Shown here: positions 49,192-58,030 of the stretch, piece after piece
Layout of the letters: every line of letters starts with the position of its first letter
How positions within the stretch are numbered: the stretch's first letter is position 1
Assembly (NCBI GenBank): GCA_011364905.1
Contig: RDNZ01000007.1
Span: 16,394 to 80,393, forward strand
Origin: Candidatus Thorarchaeota archaeon
Lineage (GTDB): Archaea; Asgardarchaeota; Thorarchaeia; Thorarchaeales; Thorarchaeaceae
Direction: 5' to 3'
Length of the DNA: 64,000 nt
Position numbers and translations under genes: made by a program
The notes under the pieces: generated by a model
The model's database searches: none
Told to the model about the DNA's origin: nothing
What the model saw: the letters and a program-made list of their open reading frames with translations, nothing else

Positions 49192-50757
49192 CTAATCATC
49201 CAGATGGATACGCTCGGCAATCTCATCTGTCCCTCCAGACTCGATTTCATCGAGGAGTTCTTCATCGATTAACTCAATTCCAGTGGTTTCGATTGTCTCG
49301 ATTGGTTCTGGGGGAACAACAACATCACCGTTTGCCCAGGTTTCTCCTTCAATCTCTGGAGGTTCATGTCGAAAGCCCTGAACAATAAGGAGGACCCCAA
49401 TCAGGGATGTGACACCGCAAGCTGCGAGAGTTAGTGGGAATCCGATGATTGTGATTAGCCATCCAAATAGGGCAATCTGTGGAATTGCGAATATAGTGGC
49501 AATTGTGGGAAACAGAGAGTACATTGAGTTGCGAATCCTGTTTGGTATGACATCAATCAAGACTCTCTGAGTCAGAACCTCTGCGAACCCTCCAAAGAAA
49601 CTAGTTGATACAAAAGTTGTGAATATCAGCACTATTGGTAGAATGTTCTCCACAGGAAGACTCAGGAGTTGAATGTTGGTGAGAGGCCAGTACAGAATCA
49701 GTGTATCGGTACTGGTTGCAGCTGGTGGGAAGATAAGCATGATTGCAGCAAAGACCCAGAAGAAGATGAAACCGCATGTCTGCATTAAACGGAATCGTGG
49801 TATCCAGGTTTTTGGTTCGAATTTACGAGACCAGATACCTGATCGCTCCTGCGAAAAAATGCCAGGGATGAATAGCAGTGTTCTGAAACTCGCGACTCCT
49901 ACATCTGTTATCAGATAGAGGTAATACATTGGAAATAGAATGAGATTACCCCAGACCATTATACTACTTACAGCTATCATGCTGCCAATGCCAATGTAGC
50001 GGACAAAGGAATTCCTAAAGAGATAGCTTACACCACCCTTTAGTATTGAGAAGTACTCGCCCATGTCAGGACGCCCACCTTCCTGAGCTCTCTGTTCCTC
50101 GACCTCAGGGAAATCACGTACTAGTCTGAACGTAATCATGGCGAAGAAAAAGGCGAGAATACCTTGGAATTGGAAGACCCAGGCTCTTGAGAAGACAACT
50201 GCAAGAATGCTTCCAGGAATCAAAGCAGCTGTTGCCACGACCTGCATGATCATACCCATTCGGCCCCAGAAGACACCGTACTGTTTCCGGTCTGTGTCTC
50301 CAGGCATAGCAACTCTGTAGTTGTTGTCAAACCATGCACCCCAGGCCCCACTGGACTGGGATTGAGCAAATCCCTGCAGTCCGTAGATTAGAACAAGGTA
50401 GAGGTACGGTGTATCAACGGTCACAAACGAGAGCAAGAGAAAAGCCACACCAAAGGAGAGGTTTGAGGAGGCTATAATGTATCGTTGACCAATCCAATCA
50501 CCAATTGCGCCGGTTGGATAGTCGAGAGATATTTGCACAACCATCTCGATAACCACCAGAGTTCCAACCAGTCCCATGCCCTGAAGATACATTCCAGGGC
50601 CACCGCCCAGTGCCTCAGCGACGAAGATCACATAGAATGTACTGCTCAAGACAAACGTGATGTTTGCTAGTGGTCCAAGTATGGCCATGATTTTTGCCAG
50701 TCGTAGAACTTTCTCAGTGGCATCTGGCAAGCCGAGGAAGGATTTCATTCGACTCAT
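49192..50757 (-). CDS. MFS transporter
   Basis: DYPTGAIGDWIGQR motif A, ~12 TM, acidic tail. Confidence 0.8.
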   Translation of the reverse strand: MSRMKSFLGLPDATEKVLRLAKIMAILGPLANITFVLSSTFYVIFVAEALGGGPGMYLQGMGLVGTLVVIEMVVQISLDYPTGAIGDWIGQRYIIASSNLSFGVAFLLLSFVTVDTPYLYLVLIYGLQGFAQSQSSGAWGAWFDNNYRVAMPGDTDRKQYGVFWGRMGMIMQVVATAALIPGSILAVVFSRAWVFQFQGILAFFFAMITFRLVRDFPEVEEQRAQEGGRPDMGEYFSILKGGVSYLFRNSFVRYIGIGSMIAVSSIMVWGNLILFPMYYLYLITDVGVASFRTLLFIPGIFSQERSGIWSRKFEPKTWIPRFRLMQTCGFIFFWVFAAIMLIFPPAATSTDTLILYWPLTNIQLLSLPVENILPIVLIFTTFVSTSFFGGFAEVLTQRVLIDVIPNRIRNSMYSLFPTIATIFAIPQIALFGWLITIIGFPLTLAACGVTSLIGVLLIVQGFRHEPPEIEGETWANGDVVVPPEPIETIETTGIELIDEELLDEIESGGTDEIAERIHLDD

Positions 50758-50839
50758 AAGTTTTCAACACTCGGTTTTTAGTTGCGATCTCTACAAGAAA
50801 CTGAAGTGCCCTAGGCATGTAGTTATTGCCATCATGCTT

Positions 50840-51142
50840 TGGGGTTGAGATTCGTGTTTCATGTTTTTCTGACTTCCTATAGTAGCAACGGTCCCCGGAT
50901 CACACAAACGAGGACCGCTGCTGAATCTCCACATTGGGAGATTCGGAGATAGGAGATTTGTCCGATTCGACTCTGATGTGAAATTGCATTGCTCTAGTCG
51001 GCTATACTTAGACCAGTATTACACAATGCTCCAAATGACTGGACACAAATCGTCTTGTCACCTTTGGTCAAGCAGGGCTTGTCCATTGACAGGATTCTCG
51101 GTAGTGTCATCGTCATCATCACGCTTTTTTTTCTTAACCCCA
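50840..51142 (+). ncRNA. Putative 303-nt structured RNA, family unknown
   Basis: 11-bp closing stem TGGGGTTGAGA/TCTTAACCCCA with three branched domains; most wobble pairs favour +. Confidence 0.55.
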
Positions 51143-51375
51143 CATGTTAAATAGTTTGTGGGCCACACCATTATTATTAAATGGTTTGATTATAAGCATT
51201 ATTCTCGAAGCATTATTTTGTACTCCGCACTTAAATCCATCATTTTGTTGGTTTTTGGGACCAAAATTATAATGGTTGCACAGGGAGGCCATTGATTCTA
51301 CCTCCTAAAGTACATGTCAGCGATAGCACGCGTCGATACAGTCTGCGATCTGCTCTTTTTGGTCAAGCTTGTTAC

Positions 51376-51853
51376 CTCCTATAGACATGGGCATGAATAA
51401 TGGCACTTGTCTGAATGACTGCTTTCCTATCCAACGCAATTGGACAGTTGCTATTCGTTAGCGCCATGACATTTCACAACTCTCTATAGGTTGGTCACAG
51501 GATATGCTGTTTCTGAGACTAACTGACCAGTTCTGTGACCACACTGTGGCCAGAACTCAGCCACACTAGGATCTGCAGAGATCCAGCATATTGTCCGTTC
51601 AGGATTCACCAAATCGTTCACCTTGTAACGGTCAGGTAAGCATAAGTTACAGCAAAGGTCGAGACCTTTGCCTTATCGTTCTTGAGCACAGATGTTGTTC
51701 GTGAGTTAGTTGTTAGAGCCATGATATTTCACAAGAATTAGTACTCAGATTTAGTATATATAGCGAAGCCACTTCTGAGGGTCACCAGAGGGAGTCACAA
51801 TATGTGACTACTGTATACCACATAGACAAGCATATCAGGGTCCACAGGTGGCT
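51376..51853. ncRNA. Putative structured non-coding region
   Basis: Dense hairpins, no ORF of 60 aa or more, internal 23-nt repeat. Confidence 0.4.
51457..51734 (+). repeat. 23-nt imperfect direct repeat (21/23)
   Basis: GTTAGCGCCATGACATTTCACAA (51457) and GTTAGAGCCATGATATTTCACAA (51712). Confidence 0.85.
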
Positions 51854-51887
51854 CAAAATTGTATTAAGTCGAAAAACGTGAAGAACA

Positions 51888-52514
51888 ATGGCTCCTGATG
51901 ACCAGACTCAACAATTAATCGACTATTTTTCAAATATGGCGCTACAGGAATTAACGAATCAGTTCGAAGACCGTGGTTCAGCGATGCACAAGCTCTTCGT
52001 GCGGCAATTCAAGATTCACTACAACAACTATGAGCAGATGATGCCAAATCCGCTCGCAAAGAGACATGGAATCAACTCATTATTCGTGATGGCAATGGAC
52101 GATGTGATGTGCGAGGTCAGAGCATCATTCTCAGAACTCAAAGACATTGTGGTTTCAATATACCGTGCAATGCTTCAAGATTACTTCAAGAGAGAAGTTG
52201 AGAAACTTGAGGCTTCCAGCGATCCATGGCACGCCTTTGTTGAGTGGACTCGTCAAGGGAATGAAACCAACAACAACAATGAATACTTCCAAGTCAAAGA
52301 GGTTGAAACACAAGAGGGGTGCTTTGGATTCGATATTCAGAGATGTCTCTATTTTGAAATCCTCAGAGAAGCTGGAAAACCAGAGCTAGGGCCAATACTT
52401 TGCAAATATGATAGTCTCCTAGCTGAAGCCGTACAGAATTGGATCGGATTTACAAGACACGAAACAATAGCGCGTGGAGATAAGTGTTGCACATTCAGAT
52501 ACTGCAAAAAATAG
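51888..52514 (+). CDS. L-2-amino-thiazoline-4-carboxylate hydrolase-like protein
   Basis: FDIQRCLY...PELGPILCKYD...TIARGDKCCTFRY. Confidence 0.8.
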   Translation: MAPDDQTQQLIDYFSNMALQELTNQFEDRGSAMHKLFVRQFKIHYNNYEQMMPNPLAKRHGINSLFVMAMDDVMCEVRASFSELKDIVVSIYRAMLQDYFKREVEKLEASSDPWHAFVEWTRQGNETNNNNEYFQVKEVETQEGCFGFDIQRCLYFEILREAGKPELGPILCKYDSLLAEAVQNWIGFTRHETIARGDKCCTFRYCKK

Positions 52515-52617
52515 CAGGTACATCTATTCTTAGTAGACCATCCTTGTTCAATCAACAGTCAAACATATTTAGAGGCAGCTGCGAACCTGATAACAGATTA
52601 ACCAGAGGTGGACATTA

Positions 52618-53499
52618 TTGGAAATCAAGAAAATTGCAGTTTTGGGTGCAGGTCTGATGGGAAATGGTATTGCCCATGTGTGTGCTCAAGCTGGTTATGA
52701 AGTCAAGATGCGTGACATCGACCAGAAATTTGTTGACAAAGGTATTGCAACCATCAAGAAAAATCTAGAGAGAGGCCTTCAGAAAGGTAGAATCACCCAG
52801 AAGGAGATAGATGAGATCCTAGGGAGGATTGAAGGAATTCTAGACTTGAAGGAAGCGGTCAAGGATGCAGACCTCGTCATTGAAGCAGTTCCAGAGATTG
52901 TCAGTCTGAAGATTGATGTCTGGAAAGAAGTTGATGCGGCAGCGCCCGATCATGCTATCCTAGCTTCCAATACTTCAAGCATTAGTATAACACAGATGGC
53001 AGCAGCGACCAAGAGGCCTGGGAAGTTCATTGGGATGCATTTCTTCAATCCAGTCCCAGTCATGAATCTTGTTGAGATCATCAAGGGACAAGCTACTGAT
53101 GAAGAAACAGCGAAAATTATTGTGGATGTGTCAAAGAAGCTCGGCAAAGAAACGGTGCTCGTAAATGAAGCACCAGGTTTTGCTGTTAATCGCATTCTTG
53201 TTCCTACGCTACTGGAAGCTGTATTCGCAATTCAGGAGGGAGTAGCTACCGTGGAGGACATGGATACATCGGTTCGTTTAGGGTTGAACTGGCCAATGGG
53301 ACCACTGACCCTACTGGACTTTGTGGGTCTCGATACAGCGCTTCATATCTCAGATTATTTCGTTGATGAATTCAAGGACAGCAAATACAGAGCTCCAACC
53401 CTGTTGCGAAAGATGGTCCGTGCGGGATGGCTTGGTAGGAAATCGGGCATGGGTTTCTACGACTATTCTGGCGACAAACCTAAACCAAACAGATTCTAA
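52618..53499 (+). CDS. hbd: 3-hydroxybutyryl-CoA dehydrogenase
   Basis: GAGLMGNGIA, IEAVPE, SNTSS, GMHFFNP, PMGP. Confidence 0.9.
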   Translation: MEIKKIAVLGAGLMGNGIAHVCAQAGYEVKMRDIDQKFVDKGIATIKKNLERGLQKGRITQKEIDEILGRIEGILDLKEAVKDADLVIEAVPEIVSLKIDVWKEVDAAAPDHAILASNTSSISITQMAAATKRPGKFIGMHFFNPVPVMNLVEIIKGQATDEETAKIIVDVSKKLGKETVLVNEAPGFAVNRILVPTLLEAVFAIQEGVATVEDMDTSVRLGLNWPMGPLTLLDFVGLDTALHISDYFVDEFKDSKYRAPTLLRKMVRAGWLGRKSGMGFYDYSGDKPKPNRF

Positions 53500-53510
53500 A
53501 TGCTTGTAGA

Positions 53511-53532
53511 GACTGGTCCTTCAGGACCAGTC
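53511..53532 (+). terminator. Hairpin after hbd
   Basis: GACTGGTCCT/AGGACCAGTC inverted repeat followed by CATTTCCTTT. Confidence 0.6.
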
Positions 53533-53589
53533 CATTTCCTTTCAATACGGGCAAACTAAATAGAAGTCTATACGTAAGACACGATAACG

Positions 53590-54441
53590 GTGTGTGACTT
53601 GATTTACAAGGAAACTAAATACATTGGCTATGATGGAACAAGGATGTTCATGGCGCTTTGGCGCCCGGATGACGATAAACCGAAAGCTCTCATCCTTGCC
53701 CTTCATGGACTGGGAGGTCATGGGGGAGATATGAGAAACATTGGCGAATTTCTCGCAGAACGTGGACTCGCAGTGTTTGCCCCAGACCTGAGGGGCTTCG
53801 GGCACTATTCTGGAACAAAGGGACATGTTATGAACTTTGACGAGTATATCGAAGACATCGAGAACCTAGTAATGCAGGTGAAGGACACTTATCTGAATAA
53901 AATAACGTACATCTTTGGAGCTTCTCTTGGAGGGTTGAATGCTATTCGGTATGTAGTAAAGTATCCTAGAACAGTCGACGGTCTGTTACTTGAGTGTCCA
54001 GCAGTGAGTCAAAAACTGAGCATTGGTGCTGGAAAGCAGTTTGTCGGAAAAATCCTCTCCGCTCTCAATGTTAAGAGATACGTGGTGACTGGAGTAGAGT
54101 ATGAAAAAGCATCCAGAAATCCTGACAATGTAAAGAGACTTCAAACTGATCCACTAAGAGTGAATATGGTCACACCGCGTTTTGGTATCGAGGCATTGCG
54201 AGCGACGAAAGATGCATTTCTCTCTGCAAAAGATATCGTCCTGCCAGTTCTGCTTCAACAAGCTGGAGATGATAACCTGGTTGTTCCTGAAAAAAGCAAG
54301 GAATTCTTTGAGAACCTTAGCTCAGCTGACAAGACCTGGTATCTTTACGATGGCCTCTATCATCAGCTCCACGAAGAACCTGAGAAAGACAAAGTGCTTG
54401 GAGACCTCTATAACTGGCTTGATAAGCGCCTTCCAGCTTAG
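53590..54441 (+). CDS. Alpha/beta hydrolase (lysophospholipase/monoacylglycerol lipase)
   Basis: HGLG, DLRGFG, GASLGG nucleophile, D and H triad (DNLV, YHQL). Confidence 0.85.
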   Translation: MCDLIYKETKYIGYDGTRMFMALWRPDDDKPKALILALHGLGGHGGDMRNIGEFLAERGLAVFAPDLRGFGHYSGTKGHVMNFDEYIEDIENLVMQVKDTYLNKITYIFGASLGGLNAIRYVVKYPRTVDGLLLECPAVSQKLSIGAGKQFVGKILSALNVKRYVVTGVEYEKASRNPDNVKRLQTDPLRVNMVTPRFGIEALRATKDAFLSAKDIVLPVLLQQAGDDNLVVPEKSKEFFENLSSADKTWYLYDGLYHQLHEEPEKDKVLGDLYNWLDKRLPA

Positions 54442-57254
54442 TCTGTTTTGGACTTTCGGAAATATCCAAAGATTAGGTGCGGAGGAACCAGTAGCGCAGG
54501 CATACAGCTAAGAATGACAATAAACCAGTCTTCCGGATTGAGTGGAACCGTTTGAAAAAGAACTGCTACTGGCGGGAAGTATATCGTCACCAGCGTCAGA
54601 ACTAGGGATAGAATAACTGCAGCCGCTAGAACCTTTGACTTTCTCACATCAGTCCTCCATACCGGATGATATTCATTCCTACAATTCCACACGAATAGGA
54701 GTTCAAAACACACTACACTCGCAAAGACAGCAGTTCGCCCGTGAGTACGGACGTATGCCCAGGAGAGACCAGTTATTGGTGAAACGTCAGTGTTCCAAAG
54801 GACATCTGGACCTGTAATTCCGGGAATCCATCCCCCATATGCCCAAAGAGACCAAAACCACATTATGAGTGATGCCAAGAATGCCGCTGCACCTGCGATA
54901 AGGATGAAAGATATCATTCCACGGTCCATCATCTTGGCGCCTGGTTTTCTGGGTGGTCTATCCATCACGCCAGACTCCGGAGGATCAACACCAAGGGCCA
55001 ATGCAGGAAAACCGTCAGTTGCTAGGTTGAGCCAGAGTATCTGAATTGCTGTAATGGGTGGAGGTAATCCCAACATGACGACTGTGAATATCAAAAAGAC
55101 CTCGTCAAAGTTTGCAGCTAGCAAGAACCGCACGAACTTTCTTATGTTTGAATATATCTCACGACCCTTTTCCACTGCAGACACGATTGTGGCAAAGTTG
55201 TCATCGGTCAAGATGACATCTGAGGTCTCCTTTGTAACATCCGCTCCACGAATACCCATGGAAACGCCAACATCTGCAGTCTTGATTGCAGGGGCATCAT
55301 TGACACCATCCCCGGTCATTGCGACAACTTGCCCACTTGATCTCAGAAAACTCACGATCTGCAGCTTGTGTTCTGGGGCCACTCTTGCAAACACATTACA
55401 ACGATTCACTGCATCCTGAAACGCCTCTTGAGTCATTTCATCAAGTTCGGCTCCAGTTATTACTTCTCCATCATTGTCAATTAGTCCAACATCTCTAGCA
55501 ATCGCGCGGGCTGTTAGATGATGGTCGCCAGTTATCATTATTGGGCGAATCCCGGCCATTTTGCAAATTTGCATCGCGTTTCGCACCTCACTGCGAGGCG
55601 GATCAATCATGCCAATGAGACCCACAAAGATGAGATTACGCTCAACCTGCTCAGGCTCCCAACCCGGAATTTCGTGCTCCAAGGGGCGATAAGCAAAGGC
55701 TAAGACTCTCAACGCATTCTCTGCGAATCCAGCGTTGATTTGGATTATGTTCTCCTTCTCGTTCTGCGTCAATTCTCGAATTTCATTATTCTCATAGATA
55801 TGAGTACAAAGAGGAAGTAGTATCTCAGGGGCCCCCTTTGCATTCGCAACGAGTCTTCCATTCTTGTCCCGAACGATCGACGTCATGCGCTTTCTTGCGG
55901 AATCGAATGAGATCTCAGTGACTTCGGTGTTTCGTGACATTGTGTCATCATAGGAGAGACCTGCTTTTTCAGCAAGAACAAGGATGGCACCTTCGGTTGG
56001 GTCTCCAACAACACTCCAATCATCCTTTCCAGTTGGATTGGTTTGCAGGATTGAGTTACTACAGAGTTGCCCTATCTCAAGCAGCTTCAAGACATGAGGA
56101 TCGTCTCTCACACTATAGTCCTCGCTTGCTCGTCTGAATTCGCCTCTCCGATTATATCCTACTCCACTTACAGAAATGGTCATGCCGTTCACAAACAAAG
56201 TTGTCGCAGTCATTTCGTTCTTTGTGATGGTTCCAGTCTTATCAGAACAGATGATTGTTGTTGATCCTAGGGTTTCAACGGAGGGAAGTCTTCGAACTAT
56301 GGCATTTCTAGCCACCATTCTTTGAACACCTATGGCAAGTGTGATTGTCACTACTGCAGGCAGTCCCTCAGGGATTGCAGACACCGCTAAGGCAATTGAG
56401 GCTAGCAATGCATCCATAATGGTTGCAGTGGAGTGCTCAAAAACCTCCGCTCCAAAGACGATAATACAGAGAGCGATAATCAAAAGCCCTAATTTCTTGC
56501 CAAGATCATCAAGGTCGACTTGGAGAGGAGTCATGCTCTGCTCGCTCTCCTGAACAAGTTCAGCTATTTTCCCGAACTGAGTTTTCATTCCTGTCGCAGT
56601 CACGAGGGCTTGACCTTTTCCAGCTGTTATGGTAGTTCCTTGGAATACCATATTCTTCATGTCTCCAACAACAGCCTTGCGGAGATAGATAGGATCCAGC
56701 ATCTTTCGAACCGCTACAGATTCTCCAGTAAGGGGAGCCTCATCAGCTGACAAACCCACAGCATAAGAAACCCGACCATCAGCAGGTATTAGGTCGCCGG
56801 CTTCGAATCCAATAAGGTCGCCGGGTACAATTTTTTTGGATTCAAGTTCAGTCCAAAGGCCATCTCGCATAACCCGTGCTTTTGGTGCCGCCATCTCTTT
56901 CAGAGCTTCTAACGCCTTCTCAGACTTGTATTCTTGCGCGAATCCGAATATCGCGTTGAAAATCACAATTGCGGAAATCACAATTGCGTCAATAATTCCA
57001 CCTTCGTGATTAGTCTCAGATGAAAGCATTGTAGTAAGTACTGAGATTACTATTGCAATGAGAAGGATAATTACCATGGGATCCATGAACTGTCGGAGAA
57101 ACATCTTGATTGGATTAATACCACCAGTTTCAACCAGTTCATTGGGCCCATATTCCACAAGTCGCTTCTCTGCTTCTGTGGTTGAGAGGCCCTCTTGTGA
57201 CGATTCAAGATGTTCTATCACGTAGTCAAGATCGTTGCTATACCACTCAGTCAT
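54438..57254 (-). CDS. P-type ATPase, type IIA (Ca2+-like)
   Basis: TGES, IPEGL, DKTGT, KGAPE, TGDGVND. Confidence 0.95.
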   Translation of the reverse strand: MTEWYSNDLDYVIEHLESSQEGLSTTEAEKRLVEYGPNELVETGGINPIKMFLRQFMDPMVIILLIAIVISVLTTMLSSETNHEGGIIDAIVISAIVIFNAIFGFAQEYKSEKALEALKEMAAPKARVMRDGLWTELESKKIVPGDLIGFEAGDLIPADGRVSYAVGLSADEAPLTGESVAVRKMLDPIYLRKAVVGDMKNMVFQGTTITAGKGQALVTATGMKTQFGKIAELVQESEQSMTPLQVDLDDLGKKLGLLIIALCIIVFGAEVFEHSTATIMDALLASIALAVSAIPEGLPAVVTITLAIGVQRMVARNAIVRRLPSVETLGSTTIICSDKTGTITKNEMTATTLFVNGMTISVSGVGYNRRGEFRRASEDYSVRDDPHVLKLLEIGQLCSNSILQTNPTGKDDWSVVGDPTEGAILVLAEKAGLSYDDTMSRNTEVTEISFDSARKRMTSIVRDKNGRLVANAKGAPEILLPLCTHIYENNEIRELTQNEKENIIQINAGFAENALRVLAFAYRPLEHEIPGWEPEQVERNLIFVGLIGMIDPPRSEVRNAMQICKMAGIRPIMITGDHHLTARAIARDVGLIDNDGEVITGAELDEMTQEAFQDAVNRCNVFARVAPEHKLQIVSFLRSSGQVVAMTGDGVNDAPAIKTADVGVSMGIRGADVTKETSDVILTDDNFATIVSAVEKGREIYSNIRKFVRFLLAANFDEVFLIFTVVMLGLPPPITAIQILWLNLATDGFPALALGVDPPESGVMDRPPRKPGAKMMDRGMISFILIAGAAAFLASLIMWFWSLWAYGGWIPGITGPDVLWNTDVSPITGLSWAYVRTHGRTAVFASVVCFELLFVWNCRNEYHPVWRTDVRKSKVLAAAVILSLVLTLVTIYFPPVAVLFQTVPLNPEDWFIVILSCMPALLVPPHLIFGYFRKSKTD

Positions 57255-57400
57255 TTTGAATACTCCGAGGGCAAAGAAGATTCTACTCTGAGATGCTACT
57301 CAGCGCCTGTCAGATGAACAAAAACCTATCGGAGTGGGAAAAACCCGTTTCGAAAGTGTTAAAGAGATTAAGGAAACGAAGCGCTTGACTACACCATCAG

Positions 57401-58030
57401 GTGAAGAGGATGTCTGAGAAATCAAAGTATAGCTTCAAGTGTTTAGAGCAAAAATGCGAAACAAAAGCATGCCACATCCGCCCTAAAGTCTTGGTCACTA
57501 TTGGGGACCTCAATAGATGGATGACTCAGGGATATATCATGAACATTCTACCGGGAATCACAATCCATATGCCGGGATCAGAAGAAGATACTTTCTATTT
57601 TGAAACAGCCAGGAAACCTTTGGAAGCAGATTCCGAGGTCAGTGCCTGCATTTTCTATAATGAGCAGGCAAATGGATGTGAAATACGATATAGCAGGCCA
57701 ATCTCTTGTCAAACATTTCCACTTGAGTTCAATGGAGAGAAATATCATTTGAGCAGTAAGGATTGCCCCGGAGTGGGAGAAGGTGAAGTCAGCAAGGAGG
57801 CACTTCAAGAATCAAGAGACTTGGCTGAAAAGGAATTCAGGGAACGTACAGAAACAACGGCTGCTCTCCCTGCAATCTATTCGGTTATGATGAATCAGAT
57901 AGTGCGACAGTCAGCTGAAGCAATGCAAAACCTTTCTGATGAAGATCGTAAAAAGATGGATGAGATTCTTGCCAAATCAAGTGAGGACTCAACCACTGAT
58001 GAAGATGCTACTGAGGACCAATCTGAATAA
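57401..58030 (+). CDS. YkgJ/FliB-like cysteine-cluster protein
   Basis: FKC...C...C, CIFY, CEIRYSRPISCQTFP, CPGVG. Confidence 0.75.
   Translation: MKRMSEKSKYSFKCLEQKCETKACHIRPKVLVTIGDLNRWMTQGYIMNILPGITIHMPGSEEDTFYFETARKPLEADSEVSACIFYNEQANGCEIRYSRPISCQTFPLEFNGEKYHLSSKDCPGVGEGEVSKEALQESRDLAEKEFRERTETTAALPAIYSVMMNQIVRQSAEAMQNLSDEDRKKMDEILAKSSEDSTTDEDATEDQSE

Noticed and set aside
50840-51142. SRP RNA or tmRNA assignment for the 303-nt element
   Set aside because: No CAGG-GGAA-AGCA helix 8, Alu UGUNR motif, T-arm or CCA end recognisable on either strand.
51457-51734. Mini CRISPR array
   Set aside because: Only two copies about 255 nt apart; no repeat-spacer periodicity and no cas1/cas2.
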